DNA from: an uncultured delta proteobacterium
GTDB taxonomy: Bacteria; Desulfobacterota; Binatia; UBA9968
Length of the DNA stretch: 64,000 bases
NCBI GenBank assembly: GCA_963760795.1
Contig: CAVXEP010000004.1
Coordinates: 230,233 to 294,232 of the forward strand
Direction of reading: 5' to 3'
The notes under the pieces were generated by a model that worked only from the letters and a program-made list of their open reading frames with translations, was not told the origin of the DNA and did not search any database. Positions 59,834 through 64,000 of the stretch are shown piece after piece. The translations under genes were made by a program, and so were the position numbers. The first letter of the stretch is position 1. Each line of letters begins with the position of its first letter.

Positions 59834-60631
59834 ATGCTCATCGACGCCCATGTTCATTTAGATAAGTACGGAGATCTACTCGATCGCGCTGTGCAAGAGA
59901 TCGAAGAACAGCAAATCTTTACCGTCGCCACGGCGATGGACCTGCCATCCTACTTGGAGCTGCAAAAGATCGGTGAGCGCTCAGAACTGGTTCTGCCAAT
60001 CTTCGGCATCCACCCTCGGCGCGCCGCTGACTACGCCGATCGTTTGCCGGAACTCAGCCGCTATATCGACATGAGTCCCGCCATCGGCGAGATCGGTCTG
60101 GATCTTCATTGGGTGAAGGACACGACAACCTATCCCGCGCAAAGAAAAGTCTTGGAATACTTCATCGCCGCCGCCGGCGAGCAGAACAAGTTCGTCAACC
60201 TGCACACCAAAGCCGGCGAAAAAGAAATCCTCGACTTGCTTGTGAAATATGACGTCCGCCGCGCCATCATCCATTGGTACTCCGGGCCGATGGATGTTCT
60301 AAAAGCGATGATCGACTTCGGCTGTTACTTTACCATCGGCGTCGAAGTGCTTTATTCCGACTACATCAAAACCATCGCCAAGACGGTGCCGGAACATTTA
60401 CTGCTCACCGAAACCGATAATCCCGGCGCGCTCAAGTGGTTGAAGAAAAACGATGAGGTGGGAATGCCGGTGGCGATCAAGAACGTGGTAGAGGCGCTTG
60501 CGCTATTGCGACAATCCACAAGCGAGCAAATCGAGCAGCTCGTTTACGATAATTTCACGAGATTGGTCAAAGGCGATCCGTTTCTGGAAGCGGTTCACCG
60601 AACTTTATCCACTGGCGAGACTAGTCGATAA
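59834..60631 (+). CDS. tatD: TatD family hydrolase/DNase
   Basis: IDAHVHL, GIHP, IGEIGLD, LLTETDNP. Confidence 0.92.
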   Translation: MLIDAHVHLDKYGDLLDRAVQEIEEQQIFTVATAMDLPSYLELQKIGERSELVLPIFGIHPRRAADYADRLPELSRYIDMSPAIGEIGLDLHWVKDTTTYPAQRKVLEYFIAAAGEQNKFVNLHTKAGEKEILDLLVKYDVRRAIIHWYSGPMDVLKAMIDFGCYFTIGVEVLYSDYIKTIAKTVPEHLLLTETDNPGALKWLKKNDEVGMPVAIKNVVEALALLRQSTSEQIEQLVYDNFTRLVKGDPFLEAVHRTLSTGETSR

Positions 60632-60730
60632 AAGGAAAACAAAAATTGGATGGCTTGCTTATTCTATATAATTTGACCGAACTGTCTTCTCCGTCTGCAC
60701 GCACTACTGCCCATGGCGAACGAATGTCCT

Positions 60731-61132
60731 CTAGCCCGCCCGTTGATAGACTAAACTCGCGCTACCATCCATGGGCGTCGCTCGGAAGCGGTTCGCTCCC
60801 TGAAATTGGATGCGAGCGGTAGTGCCTGGAGGGCGCAGGATCTTGGTGCAGCCGAGAGGCCCGCACCATTCTTTGGGCTGCCAGTCATCGATGTCGAAGC
60901 GGGCAATCCCACCGTCCATCACCCGCCAACGACCGGTGTAGGTATTCAAGACGTTCCGGCCGCGCCACTGTTGGCTATATGTTCCGTTGGCTTGAATCAC
61001 GATTTCGACCTGCTGCTCGCCGGCCTGAGTGACCGCGGAGGAGCGCCAGGTGCCGACCAGCGGATGATGTTGCCCAAGCGAAGATAGAACGTTCGAAAGG
61101 CTGAGAACGAAGGTCAAAACAAGGACACGCAA
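60731..61132 (-). CDS. Secreted hypothetical beta-rich protein
   Basis: Signal-like RVLVLTFVLSLS; LVGTW, NGTY, YTGRW; TTG start with upstream AAGGA. Confidence 0.6.
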   Translation of the reverse strand: MRVLVLTFVLSLSNVLSSLGQHHPLVGTWRSSAVTQAGEQQVEIVIQANGTYSQQWRGRNVLNTYTGRWRVMDGGIARFDIDDWQPKEWCGPLGCTKILRPPGTTARIQFQGANRFRATPMDGSASLVYQRAG

Positions 61133-61411
61133 GTTATCATCCTTTGTTGTCGAAACCTGTATGGGAATTTCAAGTTTCCGACAGCTAGTCAACAGTCCTG
61201 TAAAGCCCTGCAAAGAGAAGGTTTCATGCCGCCGGAAGCGTTCTCGCGCTCGGCGGAAAATCCTTCCGCCAACTTGAAAGTTCGCACAACTTACCCCAGC
61301 CTCATTCCAAGTCAAGAAATTTTTCACCGGTCGATTTGCCGCTCGTGCTGGTATCTTCGCTGAATTCTTGCGACAAACTCTCAGGACTTATTGAACAAGG
61401 GGGAACTACTC

Positions 61412-62548
61412 ATGTCAGCAAACGCCGTTGAATCGTTCGTCGCGAGGATCATGGCCATCAGTGTGAATGCACTCCAAGGGATCATACGCATCGCCGTGAT
61501 CGTCGCCCTCGCTTATGTCGTCGTCAAACTAGTGCGCGCCACCTTAAGCCGATTTGAAACATTCCTGATCCGCAGCACGAGTTACGACGAGACCTATCCG
61601 GGCGCCGCCGCCAAACGCATCAAGACTTTGTCGAGCGTGCTCTGGACCATCAGCAGCGGGCTTCTTTGGTTTGTCGTGGTGTTGATCACGCTCAGCCAGA
61701 TCGGCGTCAACATCGGCCCGATCCTCGCCGGCGCCGGAGTCGTCGGCCTCGCCGTCGGCTTCGGCGCGCAGCATCTGGTGCGCGATCTGGTCAGCGGATT
61801 TTTTCTGCTGTTGGAGAATCAGATCCGCGTCGGCGATATGGCGATCATCAACGGCACCGGCGGCGTGGTTGAATCGGTCACCTTCCGCACCGTGGCGCTG
61901 CGGGATCAAGCGGGGGTCGTCCATGTCTTTCCCAACGGCTCGATCACGACCCTGGCCAACGCCACCATGGACTGGTCGGCTTATGTCATCGACGTCACCG
62001 TATCCTACAACGAAGATACCGACCGGGTCATCGATATCATGCGGCGGGTCGCGGACGACATGCGCAAAGAATCCGAATATGGCCGGGCGATGATCGAACC
62101 CATCGAAATTTACGGCGTCGACAACTTCACCGAGGTCGCCGTAACGATCAAGGCAAGATTCAAAACCCAACCCGCGCAGCAAAATACCATCGGCCGCGAA
62201 TATCGGCGCCGTCTGAAGAAAGCCTTCGACAGCGAAGGCGTCGAACTAGCCAACGCGCCGCGCCGCCCGGCCGCCAGAAGCGCGGCTCCGGTAGCGCCAC
62301 GTCATGAACTCGGGAATTTCACCACGAGGAAGCAAGCGCGACGTTGTCGGACAATTACGCAAACTAAGAACACAAATTCGGGAAGGACAGTTCACCACGA
62401 AGGACACGAAGATCACGAAGGTCGGAGACTTAACATCCGAAACCTTCGTGTCCTTCGTGCCTTCGTGGTGAAAAAACGTCTTCACCTTACGCGAACCGCG
62501 CATCCAGCATCTTCCCTCTTCCTATTTCCGGCAAAGCATGTAATTTAA
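61412..62548 (+). CDS. MscS family mechanosensitive channel (YbiO-like); C-terminus probably over-extended
   Basis: GAGVVGLAVGFGAQHLVRD, VGD, FPNGSI; the ORF tail runs through a repeat. Confidence 0.9.
   Translation: MSANAVESFVARIMAISVNALQGIIRIAVIVALAYVVVKLVRATLSRFETFLIRSTSYDETYPGAAAKRIKTLSSVLWTISSGLLWFVVVLITLSQIGVNIGPILAGAGVVGLAVGFGAQHLVRDLVSGFFLLLENQIRVGDMAIINGTGGVVESVTFRTVALRDQAGVVHVFPNGSITTLANATMDWSAYVIDVTVSYNEDTDRVIDIMRRVADDMRKESEYGRAMIEPIEIYGVDNFTEVAVTIKARFKTQPAQQNTIGREYRRRLKKAFDSEGVELANAPRRPAARSAAPVAPRHELGNFTTRKQARRCRTITQTKNTNSGRTVHHEGHEDHEGRRLNIRNLRVLRAFVVKKRLHLTRTAHPASSLFLFPAKHVI
62391..62472. repeat. CACGAAG palindrome (empty, best-conserved copy)
   Basis: TTCACCACGAAGGACACGAAGATCACGAAGG ... 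CCTTCGTGTCCTTCGTGCCTTCGTGGTGAA. Confidence 0.88.
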
Positions 62549-62585
62549 CGGTCTATTCCAACGGCATCGGAGACCACGCTTCACT

Positions 62586-63767
62586 TTGGCTGACAGTTCT
62601 CACTCCTTCACCCGCGAGGAGATCGCGCCGGTTATTACCGTCAGCTTGATCTCGGCGCTGCGCTTGCTCGGGATCTTTCTCATGCTGCCGATCTTCAGTG
62701 CTTACGCGGTGCGCTATCCCGGCGCGTCGCCCGCGCTGGCCGGCGTCGCCTTCGGCATCTACGCGCTGATTCAATGTATTTTCCAAATTCCGTTGGGTTG
62801 GGCTAGCGACCGCTGGGGGCGCAAACCGGTACTGCTGGTCGGCCTGCTACTGTTTATTTTGGGCAGCGTCGGCTGCGCATGGGCGAACGATATTTATGGG
62901 CTAATTCTGGCGCGGGCGCTCCAGGGCACCGGCGCTGTGGGCGCGGTCGCGTTCGCGGTGCTCGCCGATCTCACCCGCCCGAGCGTGCGTGCCCAAGCCT
63001 ACAGCATCACCGGCATCGCCATCGGCGCGTCGTTTATGATCGGCCTGCTCGCCGGGCCGCTGCTCGCCGCGCAGATCGGCCTTAACGGTTTGTTCTACCT
63101 ATTGGCGGGGCTGGGATTTCTCGCCATGATTCTGACCGCCACGTCATTCCCCCCCGATCGGCGCGGCGCCAGCGCCGAAGCGCCGATGACGTTCAAAGCG
63201 ATCCTCGGCCAAAAAAAACTACGGCCGATATTCACAGCCACCTTCGTGCTTTCCTTTACTTTGAATTTATTTTTTTTCACCTATCCGTTAAGCTGGACCG
63301 ATATCGGTTTCGACAAAGCCAATCTTTGGCAGGTCTATTCGATCATCTTCCTGCCCAGCGTCTTGCTGGTCTTCCCTTACATGCGCCGCGCTGAAAAAGC
63401 CGGACGCTTTCGCCGGCCGATCATGATCGGCTGGCTTACGGCGACGGTGGGTTACGCGATCTATCTGGTCGGCGCCAATGCCCAGTACGAACTGCTTCTA
63501 TATATCAGCGGCGCGGCGTTTTTCTTCGGCTACAGTATCTACCAACCGATGCTGCCGGCGTTTCTCACCCAGCAGGTGCCCGCCGGCGGGCGCGGCACGG
63601 CGAGCGGCGTTTATAATTCCTTCGGCTTCATCGGCTCGTCCCTCGGCGGCATGCTCGGCGGCGCCCTGAGCCATGTCTCGCCGACGCTGCCGGAATTTGT
63701 CGGCGTTGCATTACTGATCCTGTGGTTTTTTGTCGGCCTGCCGGTGGCGCCGGAGGCCAATTCGTAA
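62586..63767 (+). CDS. MFS transporter (YajR-like)
   Basis: LRLLGIFLMLP, GWASDRWGRKP, ARALQGTGAV. Confidence 0.92.
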   Translation: MADSSHSFTREEIAPVITVSLISALRLLGIFLMLPIFSAYAVRYPGASPALAGVAFGIYALIQCIFQIPLGWASDRWGRKPVLLVGLLLFILGSVGCAWANDIYGLILARALQGTGAVGAVAFAVLADLTRPSVRAQAYSITGIAIGASFMIGLLAGPLLAAQIGLNGLFYLLAGLGFLAMILTATSFPPDRRGASAEAPMTFKAILGQKKLRPIFTATFVLSFTLNLFFFTYPLSWTDIGFDKANLWQVYSIIFLPSVLLVFPYMRRAEKAGRFRRPIMIGWLTATVGYAIYLVGANAQYELLLYISGAAFFFGYSIYQPMLPAFLTQQVPAGGRGTASGVYNSFGFIGSSLGGMLGGALSHVSPTLPEFVGVALLILWFFVGLPVAPEANS

Positions 63768-63802
63768 GCTACGGTATGCCTGTGTTTTAACTGGAGGTTC
63801 CA

Positions 63803-64000
63803 ATGCGCTGGCGATTGAATTCCATACGCGGCGGTTTTTCACTTCCCGTCCTCTTGCTGATTATACTCGCCAGCTCCTGCGCCGGCTCACGCGACGAAAC
63901 CGTCGGCGGCGTAACCGTTCCCGTGCCGGGCGCCATGAAGAAGGGCGCGGAAAAGCCGGTGGAACTATCGTTCCTAGGATTTGGCGCGGGCCAGGCGAGC
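63803..64000 (+). CDS. Putative lipoprotein, partial
   Basis: GGAGG RBS; MRWRLNSIRGGFSLPVLLLIILASSC, open to the window end. Confidence 0.65.
   Translation, partial: MRWRLNSIRGGFSLPVLLLIILASSCAGSRDETVGGVTVPVPGAMKKGAEKPVELSFLGFGAGQAS

Overview
GC-rich bacterial window with no rRNA, tRNA, CRISPR array, transposase or integrase. It is dominated by about 20 orphan solute-binding protein (SBP) genes (NitT/TauT, Bug/TctC, Fe/thiamine-type, family 5) and by catabolic enzymes: class III CoA-transferases, MaoC dehydratases, crotonases, a Rieske oxygenase, amidohydrolase, LLM and VOC proteins. This content resembles Candidatus Binatia (inference only). The most unusual signal is intergenic. (1) A GxxExxY nuclease-fold gene is bracketed by perfect 21-bp inverted repeats, and gene-less relatives of those repeats recur, along with several other families of 7-9-bp-periodic palindromes. 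(2) A ~200-240-bp element is inserted three times at the same CTTC position of one palindrome family and itself carries REP hairpins. (3) A 105-bp triple-hairpin element with a 7-bp target duplication splits an SBP signal peptide. (4) A solitary integron gene cassette with an attC site is present. About eight single-base frameshifts suggest assembly indel errors.
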